Assembly: GCA_029547045.1 (NCBI GenBank) | Contig: JAKPQL010000083.1 | Location: 3,425-67,424 of the forward strand | Length of the DNA stretch: 64,000 nucleotides | Direction of reading: 5' to 3' | From: Deltaproteobacteria bacterium | GTDB taxonomy: Bacteria > Desulfobacterota > Desulfomonilia > UBA1062 | Part shown: positions 1-7,420 of the stretch, piece by piece | How the letters are laid out: every line of letters starts with the position of its first letter | Numbering within the stretch: the first letter of the stretch is position 1 | Program-made: the position numbers and the translations under genes | The notes under the pieces: model-generated | Seen by the model: only the letters and a program-made list of their open reading frames with translations | Told to the model about the DNA's origin: nothing | Databases searched by the model: none

Positions 1-441
1 ACCCACCACGCCGTTGCCGGTGGTGAGGTCGATGGAGATGTCACCCCCCTGGCCCTGGACCCGGTACCCCTGGGGGGTCACGATGATGTTCTCGGTGTTG
101 ATCTGGAACGAGCCGGCCCGGGTGTACCGCGGACCGTCGTCGGTGTTCACAACGAAGAAACCCTCCCCGTTCATGGCCACATCCAGGGGGTTTCCGGTCT
201 GGATGGGTACGCCCGGGGTGGTGTCGATGGAGGGATTCAGGGCGACGACATCGATGGGAACCACCCGGTACTGCCCCGGGGAAAGCATGGAGGCGTCGAG
301 CACCTTGGAGAACTGCTCGAATCTCACCTGGTCCTTCTTGAACCCGATGGTGTTGAGATTTGCGATATTGTTGGAGATGACATTGAGCCTCTCCTCCATG
401 GCAATGGCCCCTGCAGCCGCCGTGTACATTCCCTGGTCCAT
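1..441 (-). CDS. flgF: Flagellar basal-body rod protein FlgF (5' part; runs off window edge)
   Basis: Not in the ORF track. The minus strand from ATG at 441 reads MDQGMYTAAAGAIAMEERLNVISNNIANLNTIGFKKD..., followed by TGNPLDVAMNGEGFFVV...YTRAGSF, the rod/hook family motifs. GGAGGG RBS upstream. Confidence 0.85.
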   Translation of the reverse strand, partial: MDQGMYTAAAGAIAMEERLNVISNNIANLNTIGFKKDQVRFEQFSKVLDASMLSPGQYRVVPIDVVALNPSIDTTPGVPIQTGNPLDVAMNGEGFFVVNTDDGPRYTRAGSFQINTENIIVTPQGYRVQGQGGDISIDLTTGNGVVG

Positions 442-467
442 ACGCCCTCCTTTTCCGGCTTTCTTTC

Positions 468-483
468 AGCAAAGGTGGTGCCA
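468..483 (-). promoter_or_regulatory. sigma54 (-24/-12) promoter of flgF operon
   Basis: Minus strand TGGCAC-CACCT-TTGCT matches TGGCAC-N5-TTGC, about 27 nt upstream of the flgF start. Confidence 0.75.
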
Positions 484-526
484 TGACCGGCAAGACCGCA
501 CAAATCCAGGGTCCGGTTGTTCCGGA

Positions 527-543
527 CGGGAAAAATTTTCCCG
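527..543. promoter_or_regulatory. Palindromic candidate activator site for flagellar sigma54 promoter
   Basis: CGGGAAAA-A-TTTTCCCG perfect inverted repeat upstream of the sigma54 promoter. Confidence 0.4.
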
Positions 544-688
544 ACCCGTGGGGGACGGCCCTGCACAACCCTGCCGGTGTTGCCCGTGACCGCATCCGGC
601 CCCAAGACACCCGGAAACGGGCGATACCTCGGGTCCTGATCCCGGTGGAACACGCTCTGCGGGTGAAATCATGAACATGAAAAACCGC

Positions 689-715
689 TAAAGGATTTCG
701 GGGGAAATCCGATAT
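689..715 (+). promoter_or_regulatory. sigma28 (FliA) promoter
   Basis: TAAA-N15-TCCGATAT versus consensus TAAA-N15-GCCGATAA, upstream of the small ORF-flgM pair. Confidence 0.75.
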
Positions 716-754
716 ACAAGGGTACGGACGGTTTATCAAACACAAGGAGTGTGT

Positions 755-979
755 ATGGAGGTCAAGAGCATCTTCATGAACCTCATCATGAGGACCTATG
801 AGAAGCAGCATGCAATGAACGCGGGTATCGTCAGGAACGATGCCGGCAGATCCGGCGGGGATCATGGGGAAGACACGGTCACGATATCCGAAGGGGCGAG
901 CAAACGGCTCTTCAGGGATATCATGGAAAACAGTCTGCAGAAAGGACTGAACGAGGTCGTGGTAAATGAAGGTAAGTAA
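755..979 (+). CDS. Small FlgM-associated protein (DVU0524-like)
   Basis: 74 aa with AAGGAG RBS. Contains a D-x-V-x-I-S motif (EDTVTISE) and overlaps the flgM start. Confidence 0.6.
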   Translation: MEVKSIFMNLIMRTYEKQHAMNAGIVRNDAGRSGGDHGEDTVTISEGASKRLFRDIMENSLQKGLNEVVVNEGK

Positions 980-1277
980 CACTCCCACCCCGGAAGCGCT
1001 CAAGGCCTATAACGCCCAGTCTCTTCCACGAGTACAGCCATATCAGGAGCAGTTGAACAGCACGAAGAACCCGCAGATGCCATCTTCAGACAAGGTGGAC
1101 ATCTCCAGCACCGTGAAGCTCATGCAGGACATACACAAGGCAGTGGCCGATGCGCCGGATATCCGAATGGACAAGGTCAGAGACGTCGAGGCACGGATCG
1201 ACAAGGGCATCTACAAGGCAGACCTCACCGTCGTTGCTGACAAGCTACTGAGTCACAACATCAGCGACCGGATCTGA
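966..1277 (+). CDS. flgM: Anti-sigma28 factor FlgM
   Basis: DKVDISS...DIRMDKVRDVEARIDKGIYKADLTVVADKLL is a typical FlgM C-terminus. Confidence 0.85.
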   Translation: MKVSNTPTPEALKAYNAQSLPRVQPYQEQLNSTKNPQMPSSDKVDISSTVKLMQDIHKAVADAPDIRMDKVRDVEARIDKGIYKADLTVVADKLLSHNISDRI

Positions 1278-2474
1278 GCGGTCCACCGTGATGGATGCGG
1301 CGTGCCTCAGGGCAGCGCCGCGCAGGAATCCAGTCTCCACCCTCCCGAAGGAAAGCCGGGGGTGAATCGCGCCCCGCGGCGTCGAACCGGCGATCCCCAG
1401 CAGCGATCCCTTCCAGGACGCGGCCGTTTTCACGGCGTCTTCCACGCTCGTCTTCTGGGCGCCCGAGAGCAGGTCGAGCATGAAGAAGTAGGCCTCCGCC
1501 CCTGTGGCAAGGGCTGATCCCAGGTATTGCGTCCGTCCCGAGTTTTTGCGGTGGAACTGCACGAAATCCCTGCCCCTGGTTGAGGTGACCGCCTCCCCTG
1601 CGAAATCCGTCAGGACGTAGACCCCGTCGAGCCTCCTGTCCTTCTCTGTGAGCAGCGTCTCCTCTGCGTCCGGACCGCTCAGCAGCACCGGCTCGGCCGC
1701 CTGGAGGGTACGGATTTTCACCGCCACCGCAAGGGACTGTCTCCCGGAAAACGGGATGTACACGGCATCGGGCCTTTCGGCCAGGAGGTGGACAACCCCT
1801 GCTGCCGGGTCCTGGCCCTTCTGCACGTACATGATGTCCATGATTCTGCCTTTTGCCCTGATCACCTCCGCGGAGAACAGGCTGGCACGGAGGACCGCAT
1901 CCGCATCGCCGACATCCACCACGACCCCGACCCTGCGGGCCTTTATCACCTGGGAAAGAAACCGGGCGCACGCGAACGCCTGATCCCGCCGGGGGACGCA
2001 GAACCTGATCAGGCCCGGGGGTGCGTCCCTCGCCATCCGTTCCGGCCCGCACGGCGAGGTCACGACGAACGGCACCGGACGGGCCTCCAGAATCTCCCGC
2101 ACCGCGGCGATGGCATCCGGCGATGCACAGGAGACGATGCCCGCGACCTGATCCTGCTCGATGAGTTCCCGGACGGAGCGCGCGTAGTCCCGGGGCGATG
2201 CGGCAGGGTCCTTTACGGCCAGGTCGACCCGCCTTGCCGTGGCGCTTCTCATCATGTCGTGCGCCAGCTTCAGGCCGGCCATCTGACGACCGGCATGTTC
2301 CGCAAGGGAACCGTACGAGGTCATGCAGATCCCTATCTTCACAGGGTCACCACCCGGGGTCAGAGGGATGTCGGCCCCCCTGCCCTTCCTGCCCTCGCTG
2401 CAGGAAGCCTGCAGGAGGACAATCAGGCACAGGGCAAGGAACCCGTGCAGGACCCGGTGATGTGCGCTCCCCAT
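1245..2474 (-). CDS. ABC transporter substrate-binding lipoprotein, branched-chain amino acid (LivK-like) family
   Basis: Lipobox LQASC followed by PVKIGICMTSYGSLAEHAG...RELIEQDQVAGIV. Start is uncertain (2474 or 2522). Confidence 0.65.
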   Translation of the reverse strand: MGSAHHRVLHGFLALCLIVLLQASCSEGRKGRGADIPLTPGGDPVKIGICMTSYGSLAEHAGRQMAGLKLAHDMMRSATARRVDLAVKDPAASPRDYARSVRELIEQDQVAGIVSCASPDAIAAVREILEARPVPFVVTSPCGPERMARDAPPGLIRFCVPRRDQAFACARFLSQVIKARRVGVVVDVGDADAVLRASLFSAEVIRAKGRIMDIMYVQKGQDPAAGVVHLLAERPDAVYIPFSGRQSLAVAVKIRTLQAAEPVLLSGPDAEETLLTEKDRRLDGVYVLTDFAGEAVTSTRGRDFVQFHRKNSGRTQYLGSALATGAEAYFFMLDLLSGAQKTSVEDAVKTAASWKGSLLGIAGSTPRGAIHPRLSFGRVETGFLRGAALRHAASITVDRSDPVADVVTQ

Positions 2475-2584
2475 GGCTCTCCGTCGACCCCTCCCGCGTG
2501 CAAAGTCCGTAGTATATATCACGGAACTGTGCTATCCAATCAATCGGAAAAGTTCCACACACAGCGTGATGCAGGAGGCACTCC

Positions 2585-3328
2585 GTGGCAAAGGTGGACA
2601 TTGCAGGCAAGACATACGAGCCGGATCTCGTCATCTTCGACAAGGACGGCACGCTCATCGACTTTCCCGAGACATGGGCCGCCATCATCCATGCCCTGCT
2701 CGAGGCCATGACCAGGCATATCCCAGTGGGAGATGCCCTGCGCGGCCGGGTGGAAAGGGCCCTGGGCATATCGGTCCAGCTGCGCACCGTCGACCCGAGG
2801 GGCCCCCTGGCCATGGGCACCTTCACCGAGTGCGATGCCCTGCTCACCTACTGCCTCTACCGGGAAGGCCTCCGATGGGACGAGGCCCAGACCATAGTGC
2901 GCACCCTCGGCGACGAGGTGTTCCGCTCGGAGGTCAGGGCGCGGTGCATCAGGCCGGCCCAAGGCGCCCTCGAGCTGCTGAAAAGGCTGAAGGAAAAGGG
3001 GCTCACCCTCGCCGTGGCCACGAACGACCGGGCAGCCGACGCCCTTGACGACATGTTCGCCATCGGCGCGGCGCCATACATCGATGCGGTGGTGGGCGCC
3101 GACAACGTGGAGCATTCCAAGCCCGCCCCGGACATGGTGGAAAAGATCTGCGGGCATTTCTCGATGAATCCGTCATCGTCCCTGCTCGTCGGAGACACCG
3201 TGATGGATGCCCTGCTCGGCAGGAATTCCGGCGTCATGCTCTCCGTGGGGATACCCGGCATCACAACCCGGAAGGACCTGGAAGGGTACATGGACGTGGT
3301 GGTGGATTCCCTCGACGAGATCACGTGA
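2585..3328 (+). CDS. HAD-family hydrolase (phosphoglycolate phosphatase-like)
   Basis: Motif I VIFDKDGTLID, AVATND, KPAPD, VGDTVMD. AGGAGG RBS. Confidence 0.85.
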   Translation: MAKVDIAGKTYEPDLVIFDKDGTLIDFPETWAAIIHALLEAMTRHIPVGDALRGRVERALGISVQLRTVDPRGPLAMGTFTECDALLTYCLYREGLRWDEAQTIVRTLGDEVFRSEVRARCIRPAQGALELLKRLKEKGLTLAVATNDRAADALDDMFAIGAAPYIDAVVGADNVEHSKPAPDMVEKICGHFSMNPSSSLLVGDTVMDALLGRNSGVMLSVGIPGITTRKDLEGYMDVVVDSLDEIT

Positions 3329-3342
3329 GATCCCGTAGGTAC

Positions 3343-3888
3343 TCACTCCGCCACTGTCTCGGCGTCGAACACCTCCCACTCCTCCGGGGCCTCGGATCCA
3401 TCGGCATCAATGGAGGCCCTGAGCCGCAGGGTCCTCAGGAGTCCGTCCAGGTCGCAGGGCTTGTCGGGGATCAGGTCCGGCAGGAAAACCTCCCGGCGCA
3501 ACCCCTTGCGCAGCGCGATCCCCCGGCACCTGCCCGTGAGCTGCGAGATGTCACGCAGCGGCCGGCACTCTCCCACGATGCAGATGGAGAACCTGGCACG
3601 GGGGAGGTCCCGCACCTCCATGGGCGCGGATCGGGGGTCCTTGTACACGGCATTGCGCGCGAAGACCCGGCATGCCTCCCACAGTGGGAGCAGAGCGAGC
3701 GTCGTGCCCACGCACCAGGTGCGATCCTGCCCGCAGGAGATGGTGACGAAGACCCCCTTTTCCTCCCTGAGCGCCGGGGACAGCCCGGGGTCCGGCAGGT
3801 CCTCGAGGATGCCCTGTTCCAGAAAATCCCGCACCGCGGCGCGCGCCTGCCGGATGAGCTCGCCTTTTTCGTGCTCTGTCAGCACCAT
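3343..3888 (-). CDS. AMMECR1-domain protein (AmmeMemoRadiSam protein A-like)
   Basis: ELIRQARAAV...LREEKGVFVTI...CVGT...NAVYKDPR...EVFLPD...EVFDAE. GGAGG RBS before ATG at 3888. Confidence 0.75.
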   Translation of the reverse strand: MVLTEHEKGELIRQARAAVRDFLEQGILEDLPDPGLSPALREEKGVFVTISCGQDRTWCVGTTLALLPLWEACRVFARNAVYKDPRSAPMEVRDLPRARFSICIVGECRPLRDISQLTGRCRGIALRKGLRREVFLPDLIPDKPCDLDGLLRTLRLRASIDADGSEAPEEWEVFDAETVAE

Positions 3889-3971
3889 GGTGTTTCCTCC
3901 GGGCGCGATTGTAACCGAAACGACCCAACCCCGCCAGGGGATTGTCCGGGACCCGGCGGCAGGATGGTTTG

Positions 3972-4000
3972 TTGACTCCACCCGGGAAATTATCTATAAA
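3972..4000 (+). promoter_or_regulatory. sigma70 promoter for lysS/envelope superoperon
   Basis: TTGACT-N17-TATAAA. Confidence 0.65.
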
Positions 4001-4033
4001 TGCGCTCAATTTGAAGCATAGGGAGATGCACTC

Positions 4034-5512
4034 GTGGATGATCTGAACCCTCTGATCCGGCAGCGGATCGAGAAATTCGAACAGCTCAAGGCTGAATCGG
4101 GCGTCCGGCACTTTCCCAACACCTTCCGGAAAGACACCGACATCGCTGCCTTCATCGAAGCCTACGGCCAAGGCTGCGCCGAGGAGCTCCAGGCAGTCTC
4201 CACGGTCCACCGCCTCGCAGGCAGGATCATCGCCTCCCGCAAGTTCGGCAAGGCCTCGTTCATCCATTTCCAGGACACAAGCGGCAAGCTCCAGGCCTTC
4301 TTCGAGCAGGCGAAGCTCGGCAGCGACGCCTACGACCTGTTCAAGAAGCTCGACATCGGGGACATCATCGGCCTGTGGGGCACGCCCATCAAGACCAGGA
4401 CCGGGGAGCTCTCCGTCTATGTCCAGGGCTTCGAGCTGTTGACCAAGTCGTTTCGGCCCCTGCCCGAGAAGTGGCACGGCCTCAAGGACGTGGAGACCCG
4501 CTACCGCCAGCGGTACGTGGACCTCATCTGCTCCCCCGAGGTGGCCCGGACCTTTGTCGCACGGACCCGCATCATATCGGCGCTCAGGCGTTACATGGAC
4601 GCGAAGGGGTTTCTCGAGGTGGAGACCCCCATGATGCAGAGCATCCCCGGCGGTGCCACGGCAAAACCCTTCCTCACCCACCACAACGCCCTGGACATGG
4701 ACCTCTACCTGAGGATCGCACCCGAGCTCTATCTCAAGCGGCTCCTGGTGGGCGGCTTCGAACGGGTCTACGAGATCAACCGCAACTTCAGGAACGAGGG
4801 CATCTCCACCCGGCACAACCCGGAATTCACCATGATGGAATTCTACCAGGCCTATGCCGACTACGAGGACCTCATGGTCTTCACCGAAGAGATGATCGCC
4901 CAGGTCGCCCGGGAGGTCCTGGGAACGGCCACGATCACCTACCAGGGGGCCGTCATCGACCTCACCCCTCCCTGGAAGCGCCTCACCCTCAGGGAGGCAG
5001 CATGCGAGGTGGGGGGCGTGCCAAGCGATGTCATGGACGACCCGGAAAAGGCGAAGGCCTTCTGCAGGGACCGGGGCCTGGAGCTCGCCGGAGACGAGAC
5101 GCAGGGCGACCTCCAGCTGCTCATCTTCGAGGCCACCGCGGAGGATAGGCTCACCGGACCCGTGTTCATCACCGCGTACCCCACGGACGTCTCCCCCCTT
5201 TCGCGGCCCAGCAACGACGACCCGTCCATCGTGGACCGGTTCGAGCTCTACATCGCGGGCCGCGAGATCGCGAATGCATTCAGCGAGCTGAACGATCCCT
5301 TCGACCAGAGGAGGCGGTTCGAGGAGCAGGTCCGGAAGAAGGAGGGCCCTTCCGAGGTGGACGAGGACTACCTCCGGGCCCTGGAATACGGCATGCCCCC
5401 GGCCGCAGGCGAGGGCATCGGGATCGACCGGCTCGTCATGCTCCTGACGGACAGCCCGTCCATACGGGACGTGATCCTGTTCCCCCTGCTGCGCAAAGGA
5501 GAACCGTCCTGA
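4034..5512 (+). CDS. lysS: Lysine--tRNA ligase (class II)
   Basis: YRQRYVDL, YLRIAPELYLKRLLVGG, FRNEGIS.RHNPEFT, GMPPAAGEGIGIDRL. Confidence 0.97.
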   Translation: MDDLNPLIRQRIEKFEQLKAESGVRHFPNTFRKDTDIAAFIEAYGQGCAEELQAVSTVHRLAGRIIASRKFGKASFIHFQDTSGKLQAFFEQAKLGSDAYDLFKKLDIGDIIGLWGTPIKTRTGELSVYVQGFELLTKSFRPLPEKWHGLKDVETRYRQRYVDLICSPEVARTFVARTRIISALRRYMDAKGFLEVETPMMQSIPGGATAKPFLTHHNALDMDLYLRIAPELYLKRLLVGGFERVYEINRNFRNEGISTRHNPEFTMMEFYQAYADYEDLMVFTEEMIAQVAREVLGTATITYQGAVIDLTPPWKRLTLREAACEVGGVPSDVMDDPEKAKAFCRDRGLELAGDETQGDLQLLIFEATAEDRLTGPVFITAYPTDVSPLSRPSNDDPSIVDRFELYIAGREIANAFSELNDPFDQRRRFEEQVRKKEGPSEVDEDYLRALEYGMPPAAGEGIGIDRLVMLLTDSPSIRDVILFPLLRKGEPS

Positions 5513-6741
5513 AATTCGAGCTGCTCGTCGCCAGAAAATACCTCCGCGCAAAGAAGAGCCAGCGCTTCATCAGCTTCACCTCAGGGCTCTCCGTGGCGGG
5601 GATAGCCATCGGGGTCATGGCGCTGATCGTGGTCCTGTCCGTCATGAACGGGTTTGAGGACGACATCAAGACCAAGCTCCTGGGCACCCAGTCCCACATC
5701 GTGATCTCCCACTACCAGGGGGGGCTGAGCGATCCCGGGCTCGTGATGGATGTCGTGGCAAGGGAAGAGGGCGTCATCGCGTCCACCCCGTTCATCCTTG
5801 CCCAGGGCCTGGTCTCGTCGCCCGGCGGCATCTCGGGCGCCGTGATCAGGGGGATCGACCCGGCGAGCGCCACAAAGGTCATCCGGCTCAACGAGATCAT
5901 CACCCACGGCACTGGCAGCCTGGACGATGCGGGCATCCTGGTGGGCTCCGAGCTCGCCTCCCTGTCGGGCATCCTGGTGGGGGACGCGGTGACGCTCATC
6001 TCCCCCACCGGGACCATCACCCCGCTGGGCATGATTCCCGCGTCCCGCACCTTCATCGTGCGCGGCATCTTCTCCACGGGCATGTACGAGTTCGACAGCA
6101 ACATGGTCTACATCTCCCTGGGAGCGGCGAAGAAGATGTTCCAGCGGGACACGCCGTCCGGGGTGGAGGTCAAGGTGCAGGACATCTACCGGGCCGACGC
6201 CATCGCCAAGAGCGCCACAAAGCGCCTCGGCGAAGGCTACTGGGCCAAGACGTGGAAGGACATGAACAAGAGCCTGTTCTCGGCCCTGAGGCTCGAGAAG
6301 ACCATCATGTTCATCATCCTGCTCTTCATCATCCTGGTGGCGGCGTTCAGCATCATCAGCACGCTCATCATGATGGTCATGGAAAAGCGCAAGGAGATCG
6401 CAATCCTCAAGTCCATGGGCGCCACCACGGAGCAGATCCTCAGGATCTTCATCACGGTGGGCATGGCCATCGGCATCAGCGGGACGCTCGCCGGGCTCGT
6501 CCTGGGCCTGCTCCTCGCCTACAACCTCAACGCCGTGGTGACCGCCGTGGAGTTCATATTCAAGATCCAGGTCATGCCAAAGGACGTGTACTACATCACC
6601 GGGCTGCCCACCAAGGTGGACGCCGTCGAGGTGGCATGCATCACCGTGGCCTCGCTGCTGCTGTGTTTCTTCGCCACCATCTACCCTGCCAGGCAGGCCG
6701 CCCGGCAGGATCCCGTGGAGGTGATCCGGTATGAGGGATGA
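5509..6741 (+). CDS. lolE: Lipoprotein-releasing ABC transporter permease LolC/E (LolF-type); probable CTG start
   Basis: VLSVMNGFE, EKRKEIAILKSMGA, ATIYPARQAAR. The conserved N-terminus KFELLVARKYLRAKK lies upstream of the track start (5593), in frame from CTG at 5509 with AAGGAG RBS. Confidence 0.88.
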   Translation: MKFELLVARKYLRAKKSQRFISFTSGLSVAGIAIGVMALIVVLSVMNGFEDDIKTKLLGTQSHIVISHYQGGLSDPGLVMDVVAREEGVIASTPFILAQGLVSSPGGISGAVIRGIDPASATKVIRLNEIITHGTGSLDDAGILVGSELASLSGILVGDAVTLISPTGTITPLGMIPASRTFIVRGIFSTGMYEFDSNMVYISLGAAKKMFQRDTPSGVEVKVQDIYRADAIAKSATKRLGEGYWAKTWKDMNKSLFSALRLEKTIMFIILLFIILVAAFSIISTLIMMVMEKRKEIAILKSMGATTEQILRIFITVGMAIGISGTLAGLVLGLLLAYNLNAVVTAVEFIFKIQVMPKDVYYITGLPTKVDAVEVACITVASLLLCFFATIYPARQAARQDPVEVIRYEG

Positions 6742-7420
6742 GCGGGTTCTCACCGTGCGCGACCTCCACAAATCCTTCCGCAAGGGCCCGGAGTTCATCG
6801 AGGTGCTCAAGGGGGTTGACCTCGAGGCGCACGCAGCGGAGGGTATCGCCATCGTTGGCGCGTCCGGCTCGGGAAAGAGCACCCTCCTGCACCTGCTGGG
6901 GGGCCTGGAAAGGCCGGACGCGGGGAGCATCGTCTACGGCGGCAGCGACATCTCGGACATGGACGAGAAGGCAAAAGCCCGGTTCAGGAACACCCGGATC
7001 GGGTTCGTGTTCCAGTTCCACTACCTGCTGCCCGAGTTCACGGCCCTGGAAAACGTCATGGTGCCGTCTCTGCTCTGTGCCGGGAGTACCTTGGACGCGG
7101 CCAGACGCGCCGAGGAACTCCTGGACATGGTGGGGCTCGGCCACCGGAGGTTCCACAAGCCCGGCGAGCTATCCGGCGGGGAGCAGCAGCGCGTGGCCAT
7201 CGCCCGCTCCCTCATGATGTCCCCCGGGATCATGCTCGCCGACGAGCCCACGGGCGACCTCGACCCCGAAACAGGCCAGAAGATCATCGAGCTCTTCACC
7301 GGGCTGAGGCAGCGCCTCGACGTCACCTGCGTCATCGCCACCCACAACATGGAGCTGGCCCGGACCATGGACACCGTGCTCGTGCTGAAAGGGGGACACC
7401 TTGAACCGACCGTGCCGTAA
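6731..7420 (+). CDS. lolD: Lipoprotein-releasing ABC transporter ATPase
   Basis: GASGSGKST, GFVFQFHYLL, LSGGEQQRVAIAR, ADEPTGDLD. Confidence 0.92.
   Translation: MRDERVLTVRDLHKSFRKGPEFIEVLKGVDLEAHAAEGIAIVGASGSGKSTLLHLLGGLERPDAGSIVYGGSDISDMDEKAKARFRNTRIGFVFQFHYLLPEFTALENVMVPSLLCAGSTLDAARRAEELLDMVGLGHRRFHKPGELSGGEQQRVAIARSLMMSPGIMLADEPTGDLDPETGQKIIELFTGLRQRLDVTCVIATHNMELARTMDTVLVLKGGHLEPTVP

Noticed and set aside
3551-5551. 666-aa ORF antisense to lysS (similar ones at 9798-11471, 30622-32952, 34135-36408, 61614-63287)
   Set aside because: Antisense shadows expected from GC-rich codon bias; no recognisable motifs.
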